A DNA stretch of 64,000 nucleotides from the NCBI RefSeq assembly GCF_006345805.1, contig NC_043012.1, forward strand, positions 45,508,001-45,572,000, in the 5' to 3' direction. Both the position numbers and the translations under genes were made by a program. This stretch comes from Octopus sinensis (taxonomy: Eukaryota). A model generated the notes under the pieces. It saw nothing but the letters and a program-made list of their open reading frames with translations. It was not told the origin of the DNA and did no database searches. Numbering within the stretch: the first letter of the stretch is position 1; each line of letters starts with the position of its first letter. Below, piece after piece: positions 1-14,179 of the stretch.

Positions 1-180
1 ACGTGTGTGTTGGGGAGGGACTTGTCTCAAGTAAGTATTCAATACGTTCCATTTTCCGTTGCTGACTATATGCCACGTTGCCATAGTACCGATTACATGT
101 TGATTCATTGTCCACTCTCGGTGATTAAATATGTCTCATGGATGAACAAAAGATTTAAAAATTTTATTCATCCTGCTTTT

Positions 181-630
<450 letters not shown>

Positions 631-2122
631 TATATTCCTAGCAATATAAATTTATACAATAACCTAGGTTGTAAACGGTATTTTTAGATACATTAAAATG
701 ATTAATGAAATACGAAGGAGAACAAACTGTTGCAGATCAATCAAAACGATGTTTAAGATAAATTCTGTATTGCTTTTAATGTGATTAAATCTGATTAAAA
801 GTATATTAATAACTTAAAATACTTGGATTTTGGTAGAACGTTTTACACAGAGTAACTTCGTATGACAAATATAGCAAATAGGAATTTTTTGTATGGGAAA
901 ACGTAGGTAGCTTAACGTCAATTTTCAATTTTATAAGTTTGACAAATCTGCTATTCTTTTAAAAATATGACAAGATATTCTCTCGTGATTATTTTAATAA
1001 CTTGTTGCAGAATTGTAATGAGGTGAAGTTTTAAGTGTTAAAGAATTGAATGTATATATTTGTACATATATTTATTGTTGTAATCGCTTCATTCATTACT
1101 CAGCAGGGATAGGAATGCAATTTTCAGCCATAGTTGTCACTTTTATTGAATGTACTATTTTTTTAGTGCCTCTTTTAATCAACGTATTAAGGACGGAATT
1201 AAGATGGTTCTTCGTATGCAGCAAGTTAGCTAGACAGTGATGCTAATAGAAATCTGTAAAGCAGACACACATTCATGCGCACATACATAACCGCACACGT
1301 ACAGACACTCAAACGCAGGCGCACACACAGAAGCACACATGCACACACACACACACATATTTTTATTAATGAATCTTGATCACAACTGCCCGACAAACGA
1401 GAACATGAAACTCTGAGTAGCACTTAACTGTGATGTTTTTTGCAGCTTTAATAAAAACCACACTACTCTACCTTCGGTATACGAGTACTAATTTTTTCCA
1501 CCTTATTTTGCCTTTATGTACTTACTCGTGTTTGTGTGTGTGTGTTTGCGTGCGAGTATATATATATCAAGATATAGATATATATAGCAAGACACTATAT
1601 TTTCCCCTTTCCTCCACTTCACTCAGCTGTAGAAATGAGTTGTGACGTCAATGATGCCAAGCTGCATCTGCTTTTGTCATTCCCTTGGATAACATTGCTT
1701 GCGTGGAATGGGCAGGTTGGTATGCATGGGCGACTGCAGGTGTTCTATAAACAATTTTGCCAAGACTCATTCTTCGGAGGGAATGTTTCTAGGTGTAATC
1801 CAATAGTCATTCATGGGGCCATTACTCTTAAATATATATATATTTACACGTACATATATAAGTTGTATATAAAATGAAATTTTAGGTAGGAAAGTTTAAG
1901 GTGTAATATCCAAACCTTGCTATGGGAATGCCCCCCTTGCATTGCGCCTGCAGAGCATTTTCACTGCTTGCGGCCTCCAGGCATCATCCGAGTGAGTGCA
2001 CTTTAGTTGGTGGAAGTAAGTAAGGAATTCCTCGGTGCACGTTGAGTGTTTTTTAAATACGAAAGACGGGTTGTACTGGAAGTTTTATCTCGGACAACAA
2101 TCGTTTTTGCTTACTTCTGCAC

Positions 2123-2135
2123 TGCCCCCTAGTGG
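2123..2135 (-). promoter_or_regulatory. CTCF-like core motif
   Basis: Plus strand tgccccctagtgg equals CCACTAGGGGGCA on the minus strand, a close match to the CTCF core consensus, in a locally GC-richer non-repeat stretch. Binding is not demonstrated. Confidence 0.4.
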
Positions 2136-2304
2136 GTGAGGAACGATATAATGGAATCGATTACACCCCATATTGCAGAAGAAACCACTTCAGGTCTCAT
2201 AAAGCGGTTCAGTTTTGTACGATGTACATTTCGCTGTAGCCCCTTGTGGGTAGTAAAGAAATTGATACGTATGGCAAGACTATGTTGGTATCATATGCAT
2301 GCTA

Positions 2305-2468
2305 CGTTCTGAGTTCAAATTCCGCCGAGGTCGACTTTGCCTTTCATCCTTTCGGGGTCGATTAAATAAGTACCACTTACGCACTGGTGTCGATATAATC
2401 GGCTTAATCCGTTTCTCTGTCCTTGTTTGTCCCCTCTGTGTTTAGCCTTTGTGGTTAGTAAAGAAATA
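2305..2468 (+). mobile_element. 5'-truncated tRNA-derived SINE (family A) with 18-bp target-site duplication
   Basis: The body gttctgagttcaaattccgccgaggtcgactttgcctttcatcc...agtaaagaaata matches the copies at 14180 and 32168. It is flanked by the direct repeat ggtatcatatgcatgcta (2287-2304 and 2469-2486). Confidence 0.9.
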
Positions 2469-2807
2469 GGTATCATATGCATGCTAGTAGTTCATCATTA
2501 GATTAAGGTGGCAGGGTTTGTGGTGTGTATTTAGGGAGTGGTTGTTGAAGAATACGAAAAATAGATCTAAAGGATACATGGGATGGTCAGAATGGGTTTT
2601 GAATGAAAAGGGTTCAAAGTTGTGGAGTGTCCAGATAACACGCATGACTAACCATGAATGACACGCATGACTAGCACTCCACAACCTTGAACCCTTTTCA
2701 TTCAAAACGAATTCTGATCATCCCATCTATCCTTTACATTTATTTTTAGTATTCTTAACAATCACTCCTTAAATACACACACACACGCACACACACACAC
2801 ACACACT

Positions 2808-2838
<31 letters not shown>

Positions 2839-3315
2839 ACATACATATATATACATATATACATGTATACACAAATAGGTACATATGTATACGCATAAAC
2901 ACACACGTACACATACATGTTCGTTTACATGCATTTATCCGTGCACACACACAAACATACGGAGAGACAAAACTATATACATAGACATATAAATAAACAC
3001 GCATACACACACACACACGCACACACTCGCATTGAGAAATATATATGGATCTAGTTAGATTCATTCACTAAAGGAATTCCCTTTAATTTTGATCAGATTG
3101 CTTTCAATTTTGGTGTATCGACGCAACTTTAGATTGCGATGAACCAATTACTTTATCTCGTAAATTAATGAATCTGATGTTATTTGGAATTAAAGTTGAG
3201 AAATTTGGGTAATTTTAGCCAATCAACAGACAGCGAGGCATTAATAGCTTGTTACCATGACAATCGCATGTTGTGTTGTGTGTTCACTTCACCCATGTCT
3301 GTGCAGCATGTTGTT

Positions 3316-3542
3316 CTGTGTTGATTTTTCACACCACAATATTCTTTTAACCAGCATGTTTTGTTTTAATTTTTCTGTGTTAGTATACTAGACATTTTTC
3401 TGTGCTTTTTCATTTCATATATTTTTCATATAATTTTTTCATAGATTTTTCATGTTTTTACTGTGTTGATTCTTCACATCACAAAATTCATTTCACCACG
3501 TGCTTTTAAAAATGTTTCTGTGTGTTAGTATATTGCACATTT
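3316..3542 (+). repeat. Degenerate direct repeat, two ~82-bp units (3316-3397 and 3461-3542)
   Basis: ctgtgttgatttttcacaccacaatattc...tgttagtatactagacatt versus ctgtgttgattcttcacatcacaaaattc...tgttagtatattgcacatt. Confidence 0.6.
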
Positions 3543-4152
3543 AGACCAGTGTTATTCTTATTGTAGTTTACAAATCCAAGCATGAAAACGTTACTCAAGT
3601 TTGGAGTTTTGGAGACAGACGCCCACGTCGCTCTGTCTCTGTCTCTCTTTCTCAGACACACACACTCATACACATGCACTTATTTATTAATAATGTACTC
3701 AAATACATGACAGGTATACATAATACTGAAATACGCGTAAAGTAAACACATACAGACATATATATTAATATAACAAATAAAAAAAAAATATATGATAAAA
3801 ACATACACTCAATGAATGAAAAGGCAAAAGAAATAGCAAGATGATACATGTTGATATTATTCGGTATTTCTGTTTATTTAGAAACTAACAACGAAAAGGT
3901 CATTTCACAGAATCTAAGCTATAAATTTCGCAGGGTACAACTTTAAAGTTGACATGGGTCCGCTAAACGCAGAAAATTTCTGTTTCAGTATTGGCTAAAA
4001 ATACCTAGATTTTTCGATTTTTAATCCTCTGTAACATTTTCCTGCAATTGTTCTCCCCAACATCATACCTTCGTAGCAATAAAAGTGGAAAACTACATTA
4101 TTATAACCGATTTTCAGATTTTTACTTTCTTTTAATCGTTTAACTAGATCCA

Positions 4153-4157
4153 CACAC

Positions 4158-4245
<88 letters not shown>

Positions 4246-4270
4246 ACACACACACCACACACACACACAC
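4153..4270. repeat. (CA)n microsatellite
   Basis: Nearly pure CA dinucleotide run. Confidence 0.95.
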
Positions 4271-4399
4271 AATTATAATTAGGGTTCAGCAAAAATTTGC
4301 TTCACCACATACCGAAATTTAGAAATAGCAGTTAAAACTATTTCACTACCATAAGAAAATCTCTCAGACAGTTGTGTTGAAAGTATATTTATGTTGTCA

Positions 4400-5060
4400 T
4401 TCTGTATTGGGTAGGGGACGTATAGCCCGTGGTCTTAACCTTCGATGAGTTTTGAAGCTAATGTTGAGGCAGTTTGGGCAATGCTGGTAGTATATTCTCC
4501 ATATCATGCAAATGATGTATCACTCAAAGCAGCGCTGGAGAGAACAGAAGTTCAATACTTTAACGCGGTCTCAATAATCAAGATCAACCATGACTGAACT
4601 CTGGGGTGATTCAGTTTTCGAAATGTTTTGTTTTATATGGATAGACCACGAGGACAGCAGTATTCCAGGTGTGGTTGTACAAAGGAGAAGGAAAGGGGAA
4701 TTATGATACCTTGTTCTCTGAATCGGAAGGTTCTAACCTATATCGACTTTATTGTTGATGTGGGCATTCCAGCTGAGATTGTTACCAACAACTACTCCAA
4801 GGTCTCTGATATTATTAGATGCTGTGAGTAGTTCCCCTGAAAGAAGAGTGAATGGTTGTTTTGGCATAATCTTTATTCCAAAACGTATCAGCTCAAATTT
4901 TCCCCCGTTTAGCTTCATTTTGCTTTCGTCTTCCAATTGGCTCACATCATGTAGATTAGACTGGAATTTAGTTCGGTCTTCTCCATTGATAATTTTCTGG
5001 AGCTTAGAGTCATCATCTTCTTACCACACAGCAAATCTTGGTGGGAGGGTAGCATTGGTG
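4400..5060 (-). mobile_element. CR1/L2-group LINE remnant (RT C-terminal region)
   Basis: The minus-strand translation gives MKLNGGKFELIRFG...IRDLGVVVGNNLSWNAHI, then FVQPHLEYCCP in a shifted frame. Both are typical of the CR1/L2 post-RT region. Confidence 0.75.
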
Positions 5061-8000
5061 GGGGATTCGGCGTCTAAGGGGAAGTGCAGGGTGGAGGAGA
5101 GAGACTGGGAGAGTGTGAGTGAGAAAGAGACACAATACATGATTTTATGTACTACCAATACATACATACATATATGTGTATGTGTAATAATGCAGATATG
5201 TGCATATATATATTAATTAATTAACTTTTGACTAAAGTTGAAATATGAATTTGAATAAGGTGTGTCATTTTACAAACGGATATGTGTTCAAGAAAGGAAA
5301 TAAGGAAAAAAGAAAGAAAAAACCCGTTATTTGAAAATGTTTTCAATGATGAATATAAAACCCTCCATGGTGAGAACAGGTGTGTCTGAGTAGTCTAATT
5401 TTTGGCCAGTGACCCGGCAGCCCCGAACCTCCTCAACTTTTTTACATAATTCTTCAGAATCTGATAGATGCGGATCGAATAAAGCACTTATGTTACTCTA
5501 TAGTTTATATACTCGAGGTTTATATATAAATTTAGTGATATAGTTGGGGGTATTTGTCATTTGTTTACCAGGATGTTAGGCATAGCTTATCTCTTCTGCA
5601 ACATATTTATGGAGCTGTTATTTCCGTTGTTTACTAGAATTCTTCCTCAACTTTTATCACGATTTCATATTTCGAAAATGACATTACTTGTTTGATTCTG
5701 TCGATGTTGTCTAAATGAGTTAAAGTTATTAATTGATTGATGTTAGAAAGAAAATTTCCACAGTCATGCCCTTATAAATTGTTTCTGTTCGAGACAATTT
5801 AGCTAATCTATGAAATCAGCTAAGCACGCCATTCAGCAATTACAAGTTATTTTGTACAAGAGGACAATTAAAGAATATCTGAAATCCATAGTTATGACAC
5901 AACAGAGAACGATCATTTTTAAACATCTCGGATATAATAATTCATACATAAATAAATAAATTACACCTAATTTATGATTAACATTGCTATAAAAAGAGAA
6001 AATGTGATAGAAAAACTCTGGAAGGTTTGCGAAGTTGTAAAAACAGAGCTTACCAAAAATTTCTAAATGAATACATCAATTGAATAAAAGAGAAACAAAT
6101 ACATATTTTATTTTATTTATTTGGTTTTCGTTCATTCAAATATTGAATTTCTTGAGGTTAACACCTTTTTGAACATCGTGTTTCAATGTCTCAAAAGAAA
6201 AAATGAAAATGAGATGAAGTACAATATAGCATACCAAAAAACAAATAAGACGGGATATAATTGAACAAGCGAGAACAGTGATATTGGTACAAAATAAAAG
6301 ATGGCTTATATTGATAGAACCGGAAAAAAGGTTAGGTCTAATAGAGGAAATTAGCGGAAGGAAGTATCGAAAAAAGTACAAAAGAAAACAAGAAAATTTG
6401 CACATTAAGGGTCAAAAGAAAAGTGTAAAATAACATAACATTACATGATGAAGTGAAATTAATGTCATCGATAGTGAAAGGGATATAACATAATTTTGTT
6501 AAGGAAATAAATACGAATATAAACAGTAGTACTGTAAATGGCGTCGTTGTTATAGGCTTTCATGCAATAAATTTCATTTGCTGGTCGAATGTGTTTGCGT
6601 GTATGAATGTGCTTAGATGTGTACGAGTGCGTGTATGTTTACATGTGTATGTGTGTGTGTGTGTGTGTAATAATTTTGTCTGCGTGATTATGTATGTGAC
6701 TTTGTGTAGGAGATATTATATCTGTTAATGTTGTTATGCACTGTTAAAAATCGGTTCTTTTGAAGAATTTATTGCTATATTCTCAGTCATTTCACAATCA
6801 GTTTATACATGGATAATGTTAGATAGAAAATGATTGTAGTAGATTCTTACCATTTCATTTCGCTCATTCTTATTGTGTTTTCCTGCTGTAAACAAAAAGA
6901 AATAACTGTTTTCTATATTCGCAAACGATGATATCTACGAAAAATATGCATTTATTGTATGTACAGACGTTAAGGGTCTATCTAAAATAAAAGACGCTGG
7001 TATGCTTACATACGGGTTCATATGCTCGCGTTCTACATTTACACATTATACCCTCATATAGAGCATGTGAAATAAAGGGAGTCTCTAAGCAATTCTCAAT
7101 TATTAAAAATAATAGTCAAACGTCCGTGAAATCGCAATTTACCATCTTGAAAAGAGAGTTAACGCTAGATAATGTAACCTTAGACACACCATGCCATAAC
7201 AAAAGACCAGGTCGATCAGGAATAGAATGGCATTGATCATAGTTTGATTTATTGGTGATGACCTGGAGCTGAGTAACTATAAAAACACGTGGATATAACA
7301 TTAATAAAGATAAGTGCCTTTATTTCATAATTTCTGGTTTACTGAGTGTGATGTGGAGCGTGTGCGCGCGTGAATATGTGTTTGCGTGTGTGTGTTTATT
7401 CTGTTATTTATAAAATAATCTTCTTTGCGTGGTTTTAAGGTGTTGGTAGTCAATCCATACCACGATTAATATCATGTGAAGTTGCAGTATGATGTCATAA
7501 TTGATAAAATTGATGTATGTGAGATGGGAAGACTGGGCTTTGCTTTATACATTAGGCATAATTCATTCCTCACTTTATCTACATTTGTCATGCGTACAAT
7601 TTTATTATTGAAGTATACAGAAGGTTTATTGTTAATAAATAAAATTTGAAATTTTTATAAATGCAAAATAGAAAGCAGATTTTTTTTAGTAGAGAAGACG
7701 AATGCTGGAAAATATATTGAGTGGAAGACGAGACGATGTTAATTCTTGCTTGTTACAGTGTCTCAGATAGGAATGGTAGAAAAAATGAGACAGGGAACGA
7801 CAGTTACAGGAGGGTATAAATTTGAACAATGTTAACTCACTGAATTGATTTAGTAAGGAAGAGTGTTTTCCCGTAATTCGTGAAGAAACTACACTGTATT
7901 GGAGTGGATCTATTACGGGTAGCTATTATAATATGCTCCATCTTATTGATTTAACATGTCACTGATATTAAACACGAAAAAATATACATTACATACGTCA

Positions 8001-10547
8001 TCATATTTTCTGTTACATTCTGTATTTTTACATACTTTAACTACAGGTTTTTACGGGACTTCGGTTTCCTTTATTCCAGTTGAAAAGTATGAGAATTATA
8101 TCCTAGAAGGATTGTTATTCTTTTATAGTATTTAGCAGGGTCAGAAATTTGAATCTGGAATTAAAGGATTATAAGGAAAGCGATGCATAAGTTTCACATA
8201 TTGATTTTTTTCTTGGTTTTTACTACAATGTTTTAAAACCTTCTGTGGTAATCATATATAACACTATTTCTTCAACATGATATAATCGTGTATGTATTAA
8301 TTAAAAATTTTATGAACAAAAGGTATTTCCGATAAATGGAAAATAACTACTGTGGAAGAAATTCCCAGAAGGTGTGTTTTACTTTTTCCCCTTTTCTGCA
8401 TAGTGCGCTCGTAGTTCAGAAATACAGTTTCCTTGGTGTCTACATAGAGCGTAACTGTTTCTAGGCAATTTTGCTTTGTGAAGTTGTCTTAAAGTAGTCC
8501 GGAGTTTGAGTTTTAACTACAAAACAAATTCACAAGCCGTTTTTGATGTATTAGTTCATGTGTAGATATTAGTTTTAAGGTGTTACGTCATCGCTACAAT
8601 CCTTTATTACATAAGGTGAAAACATCTCTTCGTAAACATATTACGTAAGCCATCTTCAACAGTTTCAAGGGCTGGATTTTGAATCCACAACTTATGATGT
8701 GACAGAGTGGCCTGTTATTTCAAAGGAGGTTATAATTTCTTTATAATATTTAATATTTGGCAGGATTAGAAATTGGAATTTGAAAGTGACATAAAACTCA
8801 AATATTCTTTTTTGTTTACTAATTACGAAATTATTAAAATTTCTAGCCAGTTGTAACCATGTACAGCACTATTTCATTCTCTTTAGAATCATGATATATA
8901 CTTGAATTGATCCATAAGCCATTTTATAAAGCTAAACATATCTTTCATTATTTAAATCACTTTAGAGATTTGAAACTTATAGCATGTAAAACTTGTGCCT
9001 ATAATAAATATTATATAATCTAGTACTTTTTCTAGTTCTTCACTAACCACATTTGGAAATATATAACAGTGATAAGTTGAAAGTACGATATTACTGTACA
9101 GTAGGCACTTACATATATTTAGTTGACCTATTAAGATTAACAATTAAATCTCCCTCAAACCAAACGATACTGTCATAAAAAACAAAGCAAAGTTACTGGA
9201 TATGATATGACCTACAATGTTAAGAGAAAAGAAACCAATCAGACGTATTTAAACAGTATCGGAACTAAACATTTCTAGTAATTGTGTTATCTTCTGGAGG
9301 AGCAGATGACGTCAAAACCATAAAAAAAAAACAAGAGGTAACTAGTAAAAGTTATGTCAAGCAAGTAAAGGTTGTTACTACGTAATATTTGAACTATCTA
9401 ATGTAAATATATACTTTGTGCACATGGAGAATTTATATTATTTATGGAGGGTGTAAGCAGGGTTCTTTAGACTAGATTAAAACAAGAGAAGCAAAGTTGA
9501 AAGCTTGTAATAAATTTAGATTTCATTGATATATCACTCAAATTGAATTTAATCTAATATATTTGTCAAAAGGAGTCAGTATTCCATTTAATGTATTCGG
9601 TTATCACATTTGGGATAACTTTTGTCCACAATGCGTCTGAATTAGAAAGTTAAATGAATAATCTTTAATTATTAATTGGGATATTGAATAAAGCAATTAT
9701 TTGCTCATAATTTCTATATAGCTAATATGGCGGAAAGGTCAAAGATTTCCTGATTTATTAACATTTAATATCGATATAGCAATCTAAAAGAAAAGCACTT
9801 CCAGTAAGTAATCATAAATTGCCTCTTTGTTATAAGGATCTTTCATAATAATTTCCTTCCTTAAGCTACACTCTAATTAATATTACGTCATTTACTTCAG
9901 TACATGCTATCAATACATACAATCTATCAGTACATATTTATTGTATATTTCAGGTTTCATGACATTCACAATACTCAACGAAAATATTATAACGAATATT
10001 AATTTTTTTCCAACGCTCTTCATCTTAATTATATTGTTTGGATTTCGAAACATTTTACGAGATGAAAAAAATAAACAGATTTAAGTAGAGTAAAATTGGA
10101 GTTATAAACATGTATTTCTTACTCAAATGAACAAATGACGCAAGTAATTTCAGAATAGGCTTGCCAGGTTTTTACCTCTTATTTTCCAAGAAACAAAGAA
10201 ACTTTTGCCATATTAGAATTACTCAGAGATTAAGATTCCATATCTGCAATTTTGCAGAAAAGGTGGTTAAAATTACTACTACATTAATAGCATTACAACT
10301 AGTAGGCTAATAACACACAGGTGAAAAAATATAGTTTCATAACTATATTGTAAAAGCCCAAGTAAGTCGAAACGTATGTAATTGCATTGCCCTCTCACTT
10401 CCACCATATTCAGTAAAACAAAACCGTTCTGTTGGATTGTCAAGAACGTTAGTAATAAACGGGTACCCGGCTGAATTTGAGTGCCCGAGTGATGGAATTA
10501 TTATACATACCATTCATTCTTATAAAAACATGATTTTATCTTTTATG

Positions 10548-10720
10548 GAGCACCGCCTTGAAGGAGTTTGGGATGAGGAATCGACCCTTGGGCCTTTTTT
10601 CAAGCCTAGTACGTATTGTATCGGTCTTTTGCCGAACCGCTTAGTTTCAAGGTCATGGACACACCAACATTGGTTCCCAAGTGGCGGTGGTGAGGACAAA
10701 TACAGACACAAAGACGCACG
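10548..10720 (-). mobile_element. SINE 3' portion (family B tail)
   Basis: gagcaccgccttgaagg...ggtcttttgccgaaccgcttagt...gaggacaaatacagacac, followed by TA/CA repeats. It resembles a common octopus repeat as I recall it; not database-verified. Confidence 0.55.
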
Positions 10721-10862
10721 CACATATATAGTGATATATATATGTGTATATATATATATATATATACATACACACGTGTGTGTATATACATATATATATA
10801 TACACATGTGCGTGTATATACATATATACGTATTTGTATATATATATATATATATATACACT

Positions 10863-11264
10863 CTATAATTATACAAATAATTATAATCAGGGGTCATCTA
10901 AATGCTTCGCCACGTACTGAATTAGAAATAGACGCTAATGTATTTTCAACTATCATAAAAATCTCCGAGATAACACCACAATTTTTTATGTAGGCAAAAA
11001 GGAAAAATAACGAATCCGCACGACTTCGGTTAACCACAGACGCGTTTCGAATTTAAAGAAAATTATATTTACCTGTTATAATTTACTTTAAATTCGAAAC
11101 GCATCTGTGGTTAACCGAAGTCGTGTGGATTCATCATTTTTCTTTTTACCTACATAAAAAAGTGTGTTACCTCGGAGATTTCTATGGTGTTTCAAAAGAC
11201 ATTAGCGTCTATTTCTAATTCAGTACGTGTTGACCCCTGATTATAATTATGCATATAATAATAG
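10863..11264. mobile_element. ~400-bp near-perfect palindrome (foldback/MITE-like element)
   Basis: The left arm 10863-11067 is the reverse complement of the right arm 11077-11264, for example cacgtactgaattagaaatagacgctaatgt / acattagcgtctatttctaattcagtacgtg and cgacttcggttaaccacaga / tctgtggttaaccgaagtcg. The spacer is the 9-nt tttacctgt. Confidence 0.9.
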
Positions 11265-11380
11265 AATATTTTGTATAATTCACCTAAAAAGGTGTTTTTA
11301 ACATACTGACTACTTCGTAAGATTATTAATTATTAATTAGTAAATTGATTTTACCCTATATATATTATATATATATACAA

Positions 11381-11421
<41 letters not shown>

Positions 11422-11424
11422 TAG

Positions 11425-11520
11425 TTTCCGTCGACCAAATCCCTTCACAATATTTTGGGGCTCGAGGTGCCACGCAGTGGGACTGAACCCGGAAGCCGGG
11501 ACTGAACATATGGTTGGAAT
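11425..11520 (-). mobile_element. SINE head (family B)
   Basis: The reverse complement contains ggttcagtcccactgcgtggcacct...gatttggtcgacggaaact, homologous to the plus-strand copies at 21020 and 38485, and is followed by (TA)n. Confidence 0.7.
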
Positions 11521-11527
11521 GTGTATA

Positions 11528-11673
<146 letters not shown>

Positions 11674-13900
11674 TATAGATATATAGATATATATATGCAT
11701 GTGTGTATATGTATATGTATTTGTGTGTGCTTGAGTAGGAGTGCACTTGTAGACACGCGCAGGGACAATTCAAAAAACTATAGAACTATATGATAATTCA
11801 GTCTCATACACTAACACATACAGATGCATATATCACACCACACTCAGGAACACATATACATGTTTCTTTTAAATATGCTACATAGGAAGCACGAGCATGT
11901 TCTAATATATTGTTTTCTTATTAGCGTTCTCTGCTCCCTGTGTATCAGAAGTTCTTATTTCTTTTCGTACTATACATTTCCGAAATTAATGTTTATCCGA
12001 TTAAACTCAGGGTTGCCAGGTGATTTTGTCTTCTGTGCCGCCATTCGTATGGTGGGTGTCTTTTATTGACTCACAGTTTTCTCTTAGGAATTGACAATCA
12101 CAGCATTATTATTCTATGCAATTTGCAACTCCAATCATTATTTTAGAACACAGTCATATTTTCAATACAGCATATTTTAAAGAAAAGCTCTTTAATATTT
12201 ATGAAAATATAAACTACATGGCAATGCAGCAAAATAAATGAAAAGAGATGCTGTTCACACAAAAAGATAAATATATTAACAAATCATGAAATGCACTTAT
12301 CACAGAACAAATTAACCTGCACAATCTTGGCACCAACAACCACCTCCAACGAAAGCAAGTAAGAAGTTGAAATCAAATTACTATAGCATAAGCAAGAAAC
12401 CGGGGTTGGTGGTGGTGATGGTGGCGGAAACATTATGATAAACGTTGATAATAAACTCGAAGAGAATACGATGAATGCAATAAAAATAGCCACCCAGTAA
12501 TTGAACGGAATACTTAATTAGCCAAATATAACTAAAAGACATAATGACCACAAAAAATATGCCGTAACGAAAATGCAATATTTTCTTCACTTCTACACGT
12601 ATACATTGTGCAGTAAAAATATATAACCACCCACATGCACTTCTACATAAAAATCGCCAAATATGTCGATAACATTATCACAATTAAACACCAGCGTATT
12701 AGAGCATCAGTGAATGGGATGAAGTTCTTGATATCTTAGAAGTAACAAACGAAATAATTAACATCTCTACACTAGATGCCAAAAGGCTTTTCATTAACCA
12801 AGAGTCAGGAACAATGAAATTAGTAGATAATGTATACAAGCACTACAAAATGAAGCCCTATCTGACACCTACGAAAGTATTTTATAAACCATTAGTAACT
12901 TGCATAATTGAGGTACGCTTTTGTTGCCCACAAGCAAGTTAGAAAAAAATAAAATAAAAAGCATTTATATGGCTTCACTTAGGATCTGTCTTTGTCAAAT
13001 CTAGCTACAAGGAAAAGTAAAAGAATAGCTTATCACATAAATATTACAGATACTAGGTACGTACACGCAGTACTGGTATGACATTTCCAACAGAAAATGT
13101 TGGAAATATAAAAGAGATTGTCGTAAAAACTCAGTCCTAAAATTTGACGCCCGAAACATATCTAATACTTCAACATTTTTTGGCATATGTATTCAGATTT
13201 GAAATATGATGCATTACAAAAACGCGCATTTAGATCCCAAAAATAAACTTAGATTCTCCCGTGGAAAAAAGAAAAGCAAGAGAAACAAAGGATGTCACAA
13301 ATTTGTAAAGAATCTATCTCTGTACGATACTGCTTGAAGACAATCACTCACTTACTGCATATCGCTTACGGTGAGTTCTTCAACGTAGTAGATTCACTCG
13401 GGGAAGAAGCACCCATCAATTACATTGATATGGAAGAAGAGAACGAAATATCAGACATTGATGGGATGATCAAACTCTGATGATTTTCCAGTTGTTCTGT
13501 TTCAAGACATGCTAGAAAATTTTGGAAGAATTTCCAGAAAATTCTGGAAAATTTTATATAAATTTATTCATGTGAAATACTAGATGAAACTCTATCGCCC
13601 TAAGAAATGCAAAGAAGAGCTTTGTCCCACTCACTTCTTAATCAGATCTAGTTCTAGAGAACGGGAGGGGATGTGAACAATCACACTAATGGTAGTTCCC
13701 CACCATAGCTGCATCCCATGGTAATCGCTAAAATATTTTATATATATACATATATATGTATATATAAACACAAGATTTGGAAACGTCAAATGTGTTTGGC
13801 ATTTGGAGAGAAGAAAGTTAATTTTTAACGCAAATATGGCCGTGAAAACAGCAGCAAGATTGGGCATTTTACCGTTCTAAGACGGAAAAGAAAAATTGTC

Positions 13901-13977
13901 TGCAGACGAGGACGAGATTCGATCCTGTACCCCTCGGATACCGGATAAGTACATCTCCGTTAAGCTAAACGGCCTGC
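13901..13977 (-). pseudogene. tRNA-like sequence (tRNA pseudogene or isolated SINE head)
   Basis: The minus strand reads GCAGGCCGTTTAGCTTAACGG...GGTACAGGATCGAATCTCGTCCTCGTCTGCA. It has an A-box (TAGCTTAACGG), a B-box-like GGATCGAATC, terminal GCAGGC/GTCTGC pairing and a downstream T-run. The anticodon arm does not fold cleanly. Confidence 0.5.
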
Positions 13978-14009
13978 TGAGAACAGTTACTGTCAATGTT
14001 AACGTTAAA

Positions 14010-14178
14010 TAATCTTTTGTACTCTAAGTACAAGGCCCGAAATTCTAGGAGAGGAGAACATTCGATTTGATCGAGCCCATTATGCAACTAGTACTTAATA
14101 AATCGACCCCGAAAGGATGAAAGGCAAAGTCGACCTCGGCGGAATTTGAACTCAGAACGTCAAGACAGACGAAATACT
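14010..14178 (-). mobile_element. SINE with the family-A core but a different 3' tail
   Basis: It shares atcgaccccgaaaggatgaaaggcaaagtcgacctcggcggaatttgaactcagaacgt with family A but ends in tactctaagtacaaggcccgaaatt rather than the family-A tail. Confidence 0.75.
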
Positions 14179-14179
14179 T

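Noticed and set aside
3225-3265. CCAAT box plus RFX X-box-like gttaccatgacaa as a promoter
   Set aside because: The match is imperfect and no transcription start or gene is evident nearby.
8380-8470. Strong polypyrimidine acceptor (ttttctgcatag) as a host exon
   Set aside because: The short downstream frames have no recognisable domain or convincing donor, so it cannot be linked to other exons.
12006-12017. hAT-like TIR cagggttgccag
   Set aside because: I found no inverted partner or 8-bp TSD nearby.
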